This document shows positions 10,506-21,557 of a stretch of 64,000 nucleotides of DNA, piece by piece. The notes beneath the pieces were generated by a model, which was not told the origin of the DNA, made no database searches, and worked only from the letters and a program-made list of their open reading frames with translations. Positions within the stretch are counted from its first letter, which is position 1; every line of letters begins with the position of its first letter. Origin of the DNA: a bacterium (GTDB lineage: Bacteria; Armatimonadota; Zipacnadia; Zipacnadales; Zipacnadaceae); NCBI GenBank assembly GCA_030603495.1, contig JAUVXR010000013.1, positions 1,133-65,132 of the forward strand, in the 5' to 3' direction. A program made the position numbers and the translations under genes.

Positions 10506-11501
10506 CTAAACCGTCAGCGTGATGCCCTCTGCGGGCACGAACTGGCGGAGGTAGTCGTGGGATTCGGCCAGCTCGCGCAGGAGATTGTCCTCGCTCTTGG
10601 TGGAGCTGGGGATGACCTCCAGGATCAGCATGTTGCGGTTGACCGGTTCCATTACTCCCGAGACCGGGCTGGACTCCCAGTTTTCGTGGGCGTACTCGAT
10701 AGCCTCCATCAGCCGGTCCATCTCCACTTTGCCCTTTTCATTGTACTCGGCGGTGAAGGGCCAATGGGCGCTAGCCTCCGGCGTGGTCTGCTGGAGGTGG
10801 ATAACCTCGGCGAAGGGGGCGAACTGGCGGGTCCACTCCAGATAATCCAGGTCCGCGCCCGACATCCCGTACTGCTGGCCGGCCTGGTGGCCGACATCCA
10901 GCGTCAGGTAGATCGGCACACCGTCGCTGTCGGCGTTACAGGCGATGAGGAACTGCTCGGTTTGCTCGAGCGTACAGGGCACCTCGGAGGGGGTATACAT
11001 CTGCTCGACGGAGATGCTTACCAGTCCCTTCTCCTTGGCGACGACCGCCATCTCGCGCCAGGTGGCATACAGCAGCGCGATCCTCTTATTGGTCTCCTCG
11101 GGGTCCGCGAGGACTTCCACCGACAGCGCGTCCACGTGCCCGCCCCAACGCCCGCAGCCCATCTCGCGGGTCAGGTCCATCATCTCTATCAGCCACTGCT
11201 TCATCCGTTCGCGCGGCTCTGGGCGGCTGTGCGACCAACTATGCCAACGGTGGGTGGCCATCCCGGTATAGGTGTCGAAGATCTCCACGCCATAGTGCTC
11301 GGCGGCGCGCTTGACATCGCGGGCCATTTCCATGGTGAATTCCCTGGGCCCCATGAAGAACGGGTCAATGTGGTCGCAGCAGTATTCGTGGACAGTGAAG
11401 CCCAGTTCTTTGGTGATGCGAATAACATTCTCAGGATTCTCCCAGCGGCGCGTAGCAAAAGCGCCGTCCAGTCCGAGTTGTAACTCTACTTCACGCGACA
11501 T
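10506..11501 (-). CDS. Sugar-phosphate isomerase/epimerase, xylose isomerase-like TIM barrel
   Basis: Metal ligands in VEQM, LDVGH, IHLQQ and LEVIP; GGAGG RBS upstream. Confidence 0.75.
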   Translation of the reverse strand: MSREVELQLGLDGAFATRRWENPENVIRITKELGFTVHEYCCDHIDPFFMGPREFTMEMARDVKRAAEHYGVEIFDTYTGMATHRWHSWSHSRPEPRERMKQWLIEMMDLTREMGCGRWGGHVDALSVEVLADPEETNKRIALLYATWREMAVVAKEKGLVSISVEQMYTPSEVPCTLEQTEQFLIACNADSDGVPIYLTLDVGHQAGQQYGMSGADLDYLEWTRQFAPFAEVIHLQQTTPEASAHWPFTAEYNEKGKVEMDRLMEAIEYAHENWESSPVSGVMEPVNRNMLILEVIPSSTKSEDNLLRELAESHDYLRQFVPAEGITLTV

Positions 11502-11660
11502 AGTGTCCTCCAGGTATTAGGGTTGGAGCGAATAGGGCCGGATAACTCACCACTAACATTTCTCTGTAGCCCAGATAATAACCTCCGCTACAGTAGCCTC
11601 GGCCCAGAGGGCAGAGACAGCTAAGCAGATAGAACAGCGCCTGGGCAGGTGAGGCGAATA

Positions 11661-12971
11661 CTACAAGAGTTGCCGCGCCTTGATGGCGAGATAGCGGTTG
11701 ACCGTGGCGACGGTGAGCTGCTCGGGGAGGGCGTCCACGATGCGGGCGCCCCGCTGGCGCAGCGCCAGGAGCGCCTCACGTCGGTCGCGCAGCAGGCCCG
11801 CTGCTACGGCCCTCTGGTAGACAGTGGCTGCCGCATCGGGTCTGGCCTCAACCGTCTGCTCCAGGTGCGGGTCGCGGATGGTCACGACCAGGGGGAGGTG
11901 CTGGGGGTAGAGAGCGGCGCTGTGGGCGAGAAGCTGTTGCGAGGCTTCCTTGTCAATGATGTCGGTGAAGATGACCACCAAGGAGCGCTTGCGACTGCGG
12001 CTCTGCAGCATCATCAGGGCCGCGCCGTAGTCGGGCTCCGTCATCGTCGGCTGGACGGCGTAAAGCTGATCAGCGAGGCGACCGATCTGCGCCGTGCCCT
12101 TGCGTGGGGGTACGAAGGCCTGCACCGTATCGGCGAAGACCATCATCCCGACCGCATCGTCCTGACGGGTAGCCACGTAGGCCAGCATCAGTGCGGCGTT
12201 GATAGCGTAATCGAGCTTCGACATACCGTCAAGCTGGGCGCACATCATCCGGCCTGCGTCAATCATCATGATCAAGTTCTGGCTGCGCTCGATCTGGTAG
12301 TTGCGCGTGATCGGCTTGCTGCGCCGGGCGCTGGCCTTCCAATCAATGTCACCGAAGTCGTCGTCGGGGACGTAGTCGCGCAGGCTCTCAAACTCGGTGC
12401 CCTCGCCTAGTCGCCGCAGCAGCCGGAAGCCGGGCTGCTGGAGGTGGGCCTTGCGGGCCAGCAACTCATAGCGATGGACCTGCAGCAGGTCGGGGTAGAC
12501 GCTGATCTCCTGTTGGGCGGGTATGCGGCGTTGCCACCAGCTCAACGCCAGCCACGAACGCCCGCGCAGGTGAATATCGCCGAACTGGTAGTCGCCCCGG
12601 GCTTGGGGGACAGTCTCATAGGCAACGCGTCGGGTCTCGAAGGCAGCTAGTTTCAGGCTGTGCTGGCGCTGGGGAGTGTGGAAGGCGACGGGGGGGTCAT
12701 CTTTGACTACCAGGCGCAACTCCCGGTCGCTGCGGCTGTACAGTTCGATCTCCACCCGGTTTTGCGTGCCCAGCGATAGCTTCTGGCCCACCCGCCGGTA
12801 GGCCTCGACTGTGCTCGCACGGCGTGAGAGTAAATTATCGGCAATTGCCGCTACTACTACGGCCAGGATCCACGCCCACCCCAGACCGGCCAAGAACGGG
12901 AAGAACTCCGCCGCTACGATCAGGGCGGGTCCGATGAGCATAATTGCCAGGCCCAAGGGCGTAAGAATCAT
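11661..12971 (-). CDS. DUF58 / vWA-domain protein (MoxR partner)
   Basis: GEGTEFESLRDYVPDDD..IDWKASAR motif; adjacent to MoxR. Confidence 0.9.
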   Translation of the reverse strand: MILTPLGLAIMLIGPALIVAAEFFPFLAGLGWAWILAVVVAAIADNLLSRRASTVEAYRRVGQKLSLGTQNRVEIELYSRSDRELRLVVKDDPPVAFHTPQRQHSLKLAAFETRRVAYETVPQARGDYQFGDIHLRGRSWLALSWWQRRIPAQQEISVYPDLLQVHRYELLARKAHLQQPGFRLLRRLGEGTEFESLRDYVPDDDFGDIDWKASARRSKPITRNYQIERSQNLIMMIDAGRMMCAQLDGMSKLDYAINAALMLAYVATRQDDAVGMMVFADTVQAFVPPRKGTAQIGRLADQLYAVQPTMTEPDYGAALMMLQSRSRKRSLVVIFTDIIDKEASQQLLAHSAALYPQHLPLVVTIRDPHLEQTVEARPDAAATVYQRAVAAGLLRDRREALLALRQRGARIVDALPEQLTVATVNRYLAIKARQLL

Positions 12972-12998
12972 CGTGAGTAGCTCAACTTGTTTGATTGC

Positions 12999-13941
<943 letters not shown>

Positions 13942-13970
<29 letters not shown>

Positions 13971-15243
13971 CAGTGAGGGCCTCCTCGAATTGGGCGATTC
14001 TGTGCACCAGCCGCAGCATCTCTGCCTCGGAGAATCTGGTGTCTGGGTCAATAGACTGTAGTTCGGTAAGCAGTTGACTTAAGGTAGCAGCATCTATATC
14101 GGCAGCACGAGCTACAGCCCGGGCCAGCTCCTCGGCAGGAGCGGCCGGCCCCAGGCCAGTTAGCGCCGTCAGGCGGGACTCAAAGCGGCGGGCAATCATT
14201 GTCAGCGCTGCGCCGGTGGCCTGGGCACCTTCGTAGAGGCCGGCAAAGGCCTCTACGTGCTCAGCCAGCGAGCGTCGCGGCTCCGGGGAGAGCGGCACTG
14301 GTTGCCCAAAGCGCCAGAAGCTGCCGGACAGGTATATCGCCAGGCAAAGAAGTATCGCCCAGATTGCTGCAAAGACCGAAGCGCCCGGCAAACGCTCACC
14401 CTCGAAGGGCCGCCCCCGCCGACCGTGATGGTATTCGTCGAAGTAGATGGTTGCGGGCGCACCCCGCGCGTATATCAGATTCATCGCCAGAACAGCGTTA
14501 TCCGCCTGGCCGATCTGCCCGTTGCCCAGGATATCGGCGTCGCTGAGCACGTCAATCATGCCCGTACCCACCTTCAGGCGCATCACCAGCACCCCGGCGT
14601 CATCGTCCAGCAGCGGGGTCCGTTCGTCTGCTTCGACCGGCGAAATCGCCGGGAGCTTGTGCTCATCTTGCACCAGCTTACGTAGATGATCGGCCAGTTC
14701 CGTGGACGATTTGGCGACCGCCAGGCGAGAGGAAGAACTGACGGATAGTTCTTCCACCTGACACCCTATGCGTGCCCCGGGCACTGACTTGACCCGGACG
14801 GTCTCCGGGCAAGCCCCCTTGGATTCGGCGACCAGCCCGAGATAGCCCAGAAGTACGTGATTAGCGTTGAGGTGCCCGTAGGCTGGATTATAGCCTACCG
14901 CGCTGTCCGTGTCAGTGGCCACTAGGAGGCGGCCGCCGCTTTTCACCCATTCCATCACAGCTTCGATTTCATGCTTCTGCGGGCCGGAACCGGGATCGAA
15001 TACGCACAGTAGGCTGCTGGGCTCAGCCTCGAGCTCATCCCAGGGACGGCGATACTGCTCGGTGGTAAGCCCATTGCGCTCGCACAGCTCGCGCAGCGCC
15101 TTGGTGCCCCACTGGTTAGTGCGAAAGCTGGCGTGGTCCGCGGTAGGGTCGTAGGTGGGCGACCGCCAGGCGAGGTATACCAGCAGGAGCGTGAAGAATG
15201 CTATCAGGCCCAGGATGACAACTGTCGGTCGCCAGTAGCGCAT
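13942..15243 (-). CDS. DUF4350-domain membrane protein
   Basis: N-terminal TM, GTKAL, WVKSGGRLLV, FDEYHHG and RFGQP motifs; typical MoxR operon position. Confidence 0.8.
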
Positions 15244-15245
15244 TG

Positions 15246-15998
15246 TTAACCACCCGCCTCCTGCCAGAGCTCGTCGGCGAGGGCGTCAAGCTCGTGATAG
15301 GCAGCGGCCGCCAGCGGCCGCCGGCCGTAGCTGATCCCGTCCACCGCCCGGGTCAGCGGAGCCAGTAGGCGGAACAGTTTGGGCTGGGGGCGCACGGTCT
15401 GGAGGTACTCGCCGTTGGTCAGCCCGGGACGGTAGCGCACGTGACCCTGGCGTTCGAGCCGCCGCAAGCAGGCCTGATACAGCGATAGCAGAGCAGCAGC
15501 AAACTTGCCCTGCCCCGCGAGCCTCGCGGCTTGGCGGCGCAGCTCGCCCGGGGAGGTCATAGGCATCAGCTCGGGTTCGGCCCGCTCCCGGCGCTTGCGG
15601 CGCTTGGGGCCGAAGGCACTGCGGATTGTCACGAGGATGTGGTACAGTAGCAAGGATGCAGCCGCCGTCAGACCGACAACGAGGAGCCAATAGGCAAACG
15701 GCCTGGTGGCGTAGAGGTGCTGCAGCGCTGGGTTGTCAAAGATTGCCCGCAGCAGGCGTATCACGAACTCAAGTGCGCGGTCCATGAGCCGGGCCAACCA
15801 GATAGGCTCTTCGGTCTGGTATTCGGGCTGGCTGAGGATACTTGCGACCTGCTCACGAATCACCGACTCGGCTGGACGGTCCGCAGGCCCGCCCTGCGCC
15901 AGGCCCGTTCGAGGTAGCCCCTCGATTATTCCTACCCCGAGCAGAAGAACAACCCCGAGCCGCAGCAGACGTATGTTGGATGCCCCATAGCTGGTCAT
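15246..15998 (-). CDS. DUF4129-domain membrane protein
   Basis: ILSQPEY, TM segments, GKFAAALLSLY..L..L and TNGEYL..YG motifs; start uncertain. Confidence 0.75.
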   Translation of the reverse strand: MTSYGASNIRLLRLGVVLLLGVGIIEGLPRTGLAQGGPADRPAESVIREQVASILSQPEYQTEEPIWLARLMDRALEFVIRLLRAIFDNPALQHLYATRPFAYWLLVVGLTAAASLLLYHILVTIRSAFGPKRRKRRERAEPELMPMTSPGELRRQAARLAGQGKFAAALLSLYQACLRRLERQGHVRYRPGLTNGEYLQTVRPQPKLFRLLAPLTRAVDGISYGRRPLAAAAYHELDALADELWQEAGG

Positions 15999-16099
15999 TA
16001 GATAAGACCCGGTATCGGCGATTCGACTGGGTGTATGCATGCAACGATTTCGCCTTAGGGGTTGCTTCTCCCTGCCTGATGGGTCACTTGTGAGCGGGC

Positions 16100-16136
16100 A
16101 AAGAAATATCCCCTGCTGCTCTATAGCAGGGGACAT
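16100..16136 (-). terminator. Intrinsic terminator
   Basis: Minus strand ATGTCCCCTGCT-7nt-AGCAGGGGATAT followed by TTCTTT. Confidence 0.75.
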
Positions 16137-16223
16137 CTCTAACCCGGCTTTTAGCCGAGGGGGGAGCTAAGTTGTTCTCCGCGGCAAATGAGCCGCAAAC
16201 TCTACGTTTGTGTTCCGACTTTG
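16100..16223 (-). ncRNA. Candidate small RNA or terminated leader (~125 nt)
   Basis: Bounded by a near-consensus promoter and a terminator; several hairpins and a C-rich loop; no credible ORF. Confidence 0.45.
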
Positions 16224-16228
16224 GCCAT

Positions 16229-16257
16229 AGTATAGCAGATATGTGACATTATGTCAA
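16229..16257 (-). promoter_or_regulatory. Sigma70-type promoter with overlapping palindrome
   Basis: Minus strand TTGACA-17-TATACT; TGACAT-T-ATGTCA inverted repeat at 16244-16256. Confidence 0.7.
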
Positions 16258-16398
16258 GACCATTCGCAGTTTCTTCGAAAACTTTTCTACATGACCAGGG
16301 GGAGGATATTAGGCTTCTAAGAAGAAAGATCCTGCAGGTGGTCAATGACCCTAGCGTAATCCTGGGTTACCAGGCAAAATGCTGACAAGGACGAGTGG

Positions 16399-17184
16399 GT
16401 GGATATGGAACTCAACACATTGGCGCAATACAGTCGGCAAGTGGCGGCAATGATGAATCCGAAAGCAGCCCGGGATCTTGATCAGGCCATAGAAAGCCTG
16501 GCGGACGCCGGGCAGTGGGACATCTTAGGGCAGGTGCTGCCAACTGCTTCGGAAGTGGCGGCGCGGCGCATCGTCGGCCGGCTGATACAACAGGGCGAGT
16601 ATGATTGGCTGGCCGCGGCAGCCTGCCTGCGGCGGCAACTCCGCCAGCCGGGTCGGGAGGCGACGGGTGGACGGGTGGCCCGGCAGGTCTTCCGCGACAT
16701 TGATGCCGAGGAGGATGCCGAAGGCGTACCGGAGCACATTATGGAAGAGGCGCAGGAGTTGGCCAATGCGGCAGCCGAGCGGCGGGCCATCTCCGAGCGC
16801 CAGGCCGCACAGGTAGACCGGGACCCGGTACGCGAATTGATCGTGGAGCAACTGGCCAGTTGCTTGCCCGAGCAGCGGGCCGGGGAAGCCCTGCTGGTTG
16901 TTGCTAAAGGCTGCCCCTTTGACCAGACACGGCGGCAGGCAGCTATCAAACTGGTCAATCATAAACAGTGGATAAACCAGCTTGTCGCGGCGAAGCGGAC
17001 TGCCGACCTGATCGCAATCAGTGAGTCAGCTAGGCTCAAGGCGGTGATGGCGAATGCGGCCCGGCTGCTGGGGGAACAGGTAGCTGGGCTTCAGCAGGCC
17101 GGGGACCAGGCGGCGCTCCGTTTTATTGCTGAACATCATCCCAATGGGGAAATCCGCCAGGAAGCTCACGATGCGTTAGCTTGA
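16399..17184 (+). CDS. Hypothetical alpha-helical protein
   Basis: 261-aa ORF, Ala/Leu/Glu/Arg-rich, fills the intergenic gap. Confidence 0.7.
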   Translation: MDMELNTLAQYSRQVAAMMNPKAARDLDQAIESLADAGQWDILGQVLPTASEVAARRIVGRLIQQGEYDWLAAAACLRRQLRQPGREATGGRVARQVFRDIDAEEDAEGVPEHIMEEAQELANAAAERRAISERQAAQVDRDPVRELIVEQLASCLPEQRAGEALLVVAKGCPFDQTRRQAAIKLVNHKQWINQLVAAKRTADLIAISESARLKAVMANAARLLGEQVAGLQQAGDQAALRFIAEHHPNGEIRQEAHDALA

Positions 17185-17209
17185 CATCACCGTTGACCTC
17201 CGATATAAT
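17181..17209 (+). promoter_or_regulatory. Consensus sigma70 promoter upstream of the S1-domain gene
   Basis: Exact TTGACA-17-TATAAT. Confidence 0.8.
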
Positions 17210-17279
17210 CACTACTACTGATAACACCAGATAGGCTCAAGCAAACACGAGCGGACAGGAGTAGATCACTTACACCATA

Positions 17280-17660
17280 ATGCCAGTTTCAGTCAGCGAA
17301 GTTATAGAGGGTACCGTAACTAAACTGCTGCCCTACGGCGCAGTTGTGGAGTTGCCTGACAGTACGACGGGTCTCGTGCACATCTCGGAGATCGCAGAGG
17401 GTTACGTAGAGCAGGTCAGTGACCATCTGCGGGAAGGCGATGTGGTGCGAGTGAAGCTTTTGGCTGAGAAAGAACCAGGCAGGTGGGAGCTGTCCATAAA
17501 GCAGACCGAGGCGGGGACTGCGAGCCGTGCTGGGCGGGCGCCCCGCAGGCCTCGGGCTGTTGAGGAAGACTTTGAGAGGCGCCTAACCGAGTTTATGCAG
17601 AAAAGCAACCGTCGCCAGAACGAGATCCGCCGGCGGGCGGCTCGTGGGGGCGGATACTAG
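17280..17660 (+). CDS. S1 RNA-binding domain protein (YabR/YugI-like)
   Basis: GTVTKLLPYGAVV..GLVHISEIAEGYV, LSIKQ and FERRLTEFMQKS. Confidence 0.9.
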   Translation: MPVSVSEVIEGTVTKLLPYGAVVELPDSTTGLVHISEIAEGYVEQVSDHLREGDVVRVKLLAEKEPGRWELSIKQTEAGTASRAGRAPRRPRAVEEDFERRLTEFMQKSNRRQNEIRRRAARGGGY

Positions 17661-17791
17661 GATCGGATGCTTCGTGTAGAGTTTTGCACCTCTCGGGCGC
17701 TATTACATCGCTTGTTAGTCCACCGTTGCGGGAAGCTCGTGTTAGCGCAATGTCAACCGGGATTGGCTAGAGTCAGGAGGACGCTGTAGAG

Positions 17792-19495
17792 ATGGCCGAA
17801 GACGTAACCTCCGAAGGTCCGGAATCCTTGCGAAAAGAGCTAGAGCGGTACCGCTTGGTCGTCAGTGATCTTCACGAGAAGATTCGGGAGTTGGAAGCCG
17901 AGCTTGAGATAACGACGACGATGGCGGAGATGCCGGGCGTAATCGTTACTCGCCCGGAGTTGCAGCGGACCATGTCTCGGCTGATCGGCAAGATCGCGAT
18001 GATCGTGCAGGCCGAGAAGGTCATGATCTTTCTGTACCACAGTGAGAGCGGGGAACTGGCTCTGCTGCCCCCTTCGTTGGGGGTAACCGACGACCAAGCC
18101 AGCGGGATAGCTATTAGACCCAGCGAGGGTATCGTTGGCGAGGTCTACCAAACGGGCGAGTCAATCATCTACAACGACGCACTGAACGATCCCCGTGCTC
18201 TGCCCGAAGTTGTCTCCGCCCTGCGCATCCGCAACGGTATTGCTGTGCCGCTGGTCATTAAGCAGCGCAATGAGCAAGAGCGTATCGTCCACGAGCGGAT
18301 TATCGGCGTTGCCCACGCATGCAACAAGCGCTACGAGCAGGAGTTCAATCAAGACGACCTGCGGCTGCTGGAGATGTTGGGGGAGCAGGCGGCGGCCGTG
18401 ATATCCAACGCCCAGCTCTATATCACGCTAACTGAGGAAAAGGAGCGCCTGGAAGATGCGCTGGAGAGTATCCGCTCCGGCGTCATTGTGGTCAGCGCCG
18501 AAGGCCGTATCCGGCTGATGAATCGGGCTGCTTGCCAGGTTCTGCAACTGCCCGCCGACGGATATGAAGGCAAGGAGTTGACCGAGGTCATTGCCAATGA
18601 CCAAGTACGTAGCCTGCTGAATCAGACCTTTGACAGCCTGCGGGAGGAGTCCCTGGAGATCGAGCTGGACAACGAGGATGTCTACCGCGCCGAGACCAGC
18701 ATGGTCGTCGGCGAGAACGGTAGCCCGACGGACGTAGTTGTCATATTCACTGATATTACCGACATTCGCCACGTCGAGCAGATGAAGACTACCTTCGTCT
18801 CGACAGTTTCCCACGAGTTGCGCACGCCGCTAACCTCCATCAAGGGTTTTATCGCCACCCTGCTGGACGATACCAGTAGTGTCTACGACGACCAGACCCG
18901 CCACGAATTCTACGAGATCATTGATCAGGAGTGCGACCGGCTGACGCGGCTGATCAGTGACCTGCTGAATATCTCCCGTATAGAGTCTGGTCGGGCACTA
19001 GACATGAATATCTCGCCAGTGGATGTGCGGGACCTGGCCCAGCGGGTACTCGACACCCAGCAGCAGTACACCTTACGGCACAATCTGACAAACGAGATAC
19101 CACCAGACTTCCCCATAATTGAAGCCGATTCCGACCACGTGACCCGCATTCTGGATAACCTCCTGGGCAACGCTATCAAGTACTCGCCCGACGGCGGGGA
19201 TATCGCACTCAGCGGGGTGGACGAGGGCGACTCCATCCGTATTGATGTTACCGACCACGGTCTGGGCATTCCGGTGCGCCAACACGATAGAATCTTCGAT
19301 CGGTTCCAGATGGTCGAAGGTGACAGTAATCGCAAGGGTATCAAGGGCACGGGCATTGGCCTGTACCTGGTTCGCCACTTAGCGCAGGCCCACGGTGGTG
19401 ACGTTTGGCTGACGTGGAGTGAGGTGGACAAGGGCTCTACCTTCAGTGTCAACCTGCCCAAAGTCCCTCAGATTGAGCAGAGCAGCGAGCAATAG
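17792..19495 (+). CDS. Cytoplasmic GAF-PAS sensor histidine kinase
   Basis: VSHELRTPLTSI H-box, NLLGNAIKYS, GTGIGL; GAF and PAS segments. Confidence 0.92.
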   Translation: MAEDVTSEGPESLRKELERYRLVVSDLHEKIRELEAELEITTTMAEMPGVIVTRPELQRTMSRLIGKIAMIVQAEKVMIFLYHSESGELALLPPSLGVTDDQASGIAIRPSEGIVGEVYQTGESIIYNDALNDPRALPEVVSALRIRNGIAVPLVIKQRNEQERIVHERIIGVAHACNKRYEQEFNQDDLRLLEMLGEQAAAVISNAQLYITLTEEKERLEDALESIRSGVIVVSAEGRIRLMNRAACQVLQLPADGYEGKELTEVIANDQVRSLLNQTFDSLREESLEIELDNEDVYRAETSMVVGENGSPTDVVVIFTDITDIRHVEQMKTTFVSTVSHELRTPLTSIKGFIATLLDDTSSVYDDQTRHEFYEIIDQECDRLTRLISDLLNISRIESGRALDMNISPVDVRDLAQRVLDTQQQYTLRHNLTNEIPPDFPIIEADSDHVTRILDNLLGNAIKYSPDGGDIALSGVDEGDSIRIDVTDHGLGIPVRQHDRIFDRFQMVEGDSNRKGIKGTGIGLYLVRHLAQAHGGDVWLTWSEVDKGSTFSVNLPKVPQIEQSSEQ

Positions 19496-19583
19496 GACAG
19501 ATTGGCCCGTACCGTCATATCTGCTCGGCAGTATCCGGCTGGTCACCACGCTCCGGGAGGCAGATGCTGGCACTGGGTTGGTG

Positions 19584-19611
19584 AGGCCTCCTGGCGGGCA
19601 GGAGGCTTTTT
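19584..19611 (+). terminator. Intrinsic terminator upstream of rpiB
   Basis: AGGCCTCCTG-GCGGG-CAGGAGGCTT followed by TTT. Confidence 0.7.
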
Positions 19612-19648
19612 GACTGAGGCGGGTCCAAGCCCAACACGGAGGATTAAG

Positions 19649-20113
19649 ATGCGAGTGGCTCTAGGCAATGATCACGCCGGGCTGCCGCTGCGGGCGGTGG
19701 TCATTGGCTTGCTTGAGTCGCTGGGGCACGAGTTGGTTGACTTCGGCACGGACCAAGGACGGCCGGTGGACTATCCGTACTTTGCTGCGCGCGTGGCCCG
19801 GGCTGTCCGGGACGGCGAGGCCAACCTGGGAGTTGTGATCTGCGGCACCGGTATCGGGAGCAATATTACTGCCAACAAGATTTGTGGGGTGTATTGCGCG
19901 CTGTGCAACGATGTCTACAGTGCCCGGATGGCCCGCAGCCACAATGCCGCCAACGTAATTGCGTTGGGCACCCGGGTAATCGGGCCGGGTCTGGCTGAAG
20001 AGATACTTCAGGTCTTCCTGGCGACTGAGCCGTCTGCGGAGCCACGCCATGTGGGGCGCCGCGAGTTAATCGGCAGACTCGAGGCTGGTGACGAAGAGCT
20101 ATCCCGGGAGTAG
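19649..20113 (+). CDS. rpiB: Ribose-5-phosphate isomerase B
   Basis: [26 protein letters not shown]; GGAGG RBS. Confidence 0.95.
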   Translation: MRVALGNDHAGLPLRAVVIGLLESLGHELVDFGTDQGRPVDYPYFAARVARAVRDGEANLGVVICGTGIGSNITANKICGVYCALCNDVYSARMARSHNAANVIALGTRVIGPGLAEEILQVFLATEPSAEPRHVGRRELIGRLEAGDEELSRE

Positions 20114-20118
20114 ACAGC

Positions 20119-20613
20119 ATGACTGGCCAAGGTACAGCGAGCAGGTCCGGCGCGCCGCGACCAGACTGGGACACGTACTTCATGAAGATCTGTCATGTGG
20201 TGGCGGAGCGGTGCACGTGTTTGCGCCGGCAGGTCGGTGCACTATTGGTGGCCAACCGTCGCCTCCTGGCCACGGGCTACAATGGTGCGCCCCAGGGCCT
20301 CCCGCACTGCGCAGAAGTCGGCTGCCTAAGAGATAGGTTGCAGATACCCTCGGGCGAGCGCCAGGAATTGTGCCGCGGCCTGCATGCGGAGCAAAATGCC
20401 ATCATCCAAGCAGCGGTTCACGGTGTTGCCCTCCACGATGTGACCTGTTACAGTACCATTCAGCCGTGCATCACCTGCGCCAAGATGCTCACTAATGCCA
20501 ACGTCAAGCGAATTGTCTATGAAGGCGACTACCCGGACGAGCTGGCAGCCAAGATGCTGGCAGAGGCAGGCGTCGAGCTGGTGCGCTGGCCGGCTCACGG
20601 AGAAGGTGGATAG
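20119..20613 (+). CDS. dCMP deaminase (ComEB-like)
   Basis: [15 protein letters not shown] and PCITC zinc motifs. Confidence 0.92.
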   Translation: MTGQGTASRSGAPRPDWDTYFMKICHVVAERCTCLRRQVGALLVANRRLLATGYNGAPQGLPHCAEVGCLRDRLQIPSGERQELCRGLHAEQNAIIQAAVHGVALHDVTCYSTIQPCITCAKMLTNANVKRIVYEGDYPDELAAKMLAEAGVELVRWPAHGEGG

Positions 20614-21557
20614 TGACTGTGCCCTGGCTGATGGGTGCGGTCATAGCTCTGGTCGTGGCAGCGGTCCTCACGCCACTGGTGAGAGCCCTGGCAACCAGGA
20701 TTGGTGCTGTGGACCTCCCCGCACAGCGGCGGGTGCACCACAAGGCGACAGCGACAGGTGGCGGCTTGGCCATATTTGTTGCTTTCTGGATGGCGGCAGC
20801 GCTCGCCGGCGGCCTACGAGACCATGCCGTGGTGGGGATCCTGGCCGGATCAGCGTTTCTGGCGGTCTTATGCCTGGTTGACGACATGTACCATCTCTCC
20901 CCTGCGCCTCGCTTCCTAGGGCAGATAGTCGTGGCTATGATCGCTCTGCAGTGGGGCGTACGTGTGGAGGGGGTTACCAACCCTCTGGCGCTATTCGGCG
21001 GCAGCGACTATCTCTCCCTGGGCATCTGGTCCGGACCGCTGACGGTAGCGTGGATCGTCTTCATGACCAACGCCATTAATTGGATTGATGGACTCGATGG
21101 ATTGGCGGCGGGGGTCTGTGCCCTGGCCGCAGGCACGCTGGCAGTGATGGCTATCAATGCGGGGCTGACTCAGGTCGGCATACTAAGCGCAGCGGCCGCC
21201 GGTGCCTGCCTAGGGTTCCTACCCTATAACTTCACTCCGGCCAGCATCTTTATGGGGGATACTGGCGCGATGTTCCTGGGCTATCTACTGGCCTGCGTTT
21301 CGGTCACCGGTGCGTTTAAGAGCACGGCGGTGCTGGCTGTCTTTGTGCCTGTGCTGGTCCTGGGTATTCCCATATACGACACCCTCAGCACGACTATCCG
21401 GCGGGCAGTCAACGGTCGGTCCATCTACACCGCGGACCGCACTCATCTGCACCATCGTCTGCTCGCCCGGGGGTTTAGCCAGCAGCAGACGGTACTGCTG
21501 ATTTACGGCCTTACCGCGCTGCTGTGCGGTATGGCCCTGTGGTTGTGGTTGCGTTGA
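20613..21557 (+). CDS. wecA: Undecaprenyl-phosphate GlcNAc-1-phosphate transferase (WecA/TagO)
   Basis: DD motif, NAINWIDGLDGL, IFMGDTG, DRTHLHH. Confidence 0.9.
   Translation: MTVPWLMGAVIALVVAAVLTPLVRALATRIGAVDLPAQRRVHHKATATGGGLAIFVAFWMAAALAGGLRDHAVVGILAGSAFLAVLCLVDDMYHLSPAPRFLGQIVVAMIALQWGVRVEGVTNPLALFGGSDYLSLGIWSGPLTVAWIVFMTNAINWIDGLDGLAAGVCALAAGTLAVMAINAGLTQVGILSAAAAGACLGFLPYNFTPASIFMGDTGAMFLGYLLACVSVTGAFKSTAVLAVFVPVLVLGIPIYDTLSTTIRRAVNGRSIYTADRTHLHHRLLARGFSQQQTVLLIYGLTALLCGMALWLWLR

Noticed and set aside
10419-11483. 354-aa plus-strand ORF and similar long antisense ORFs (e.g. 22987-23838, 25367-26221, 33746-34552)
   Set aside because: They mirror well-supported genes on the opposite strand and have no recognisable domains.
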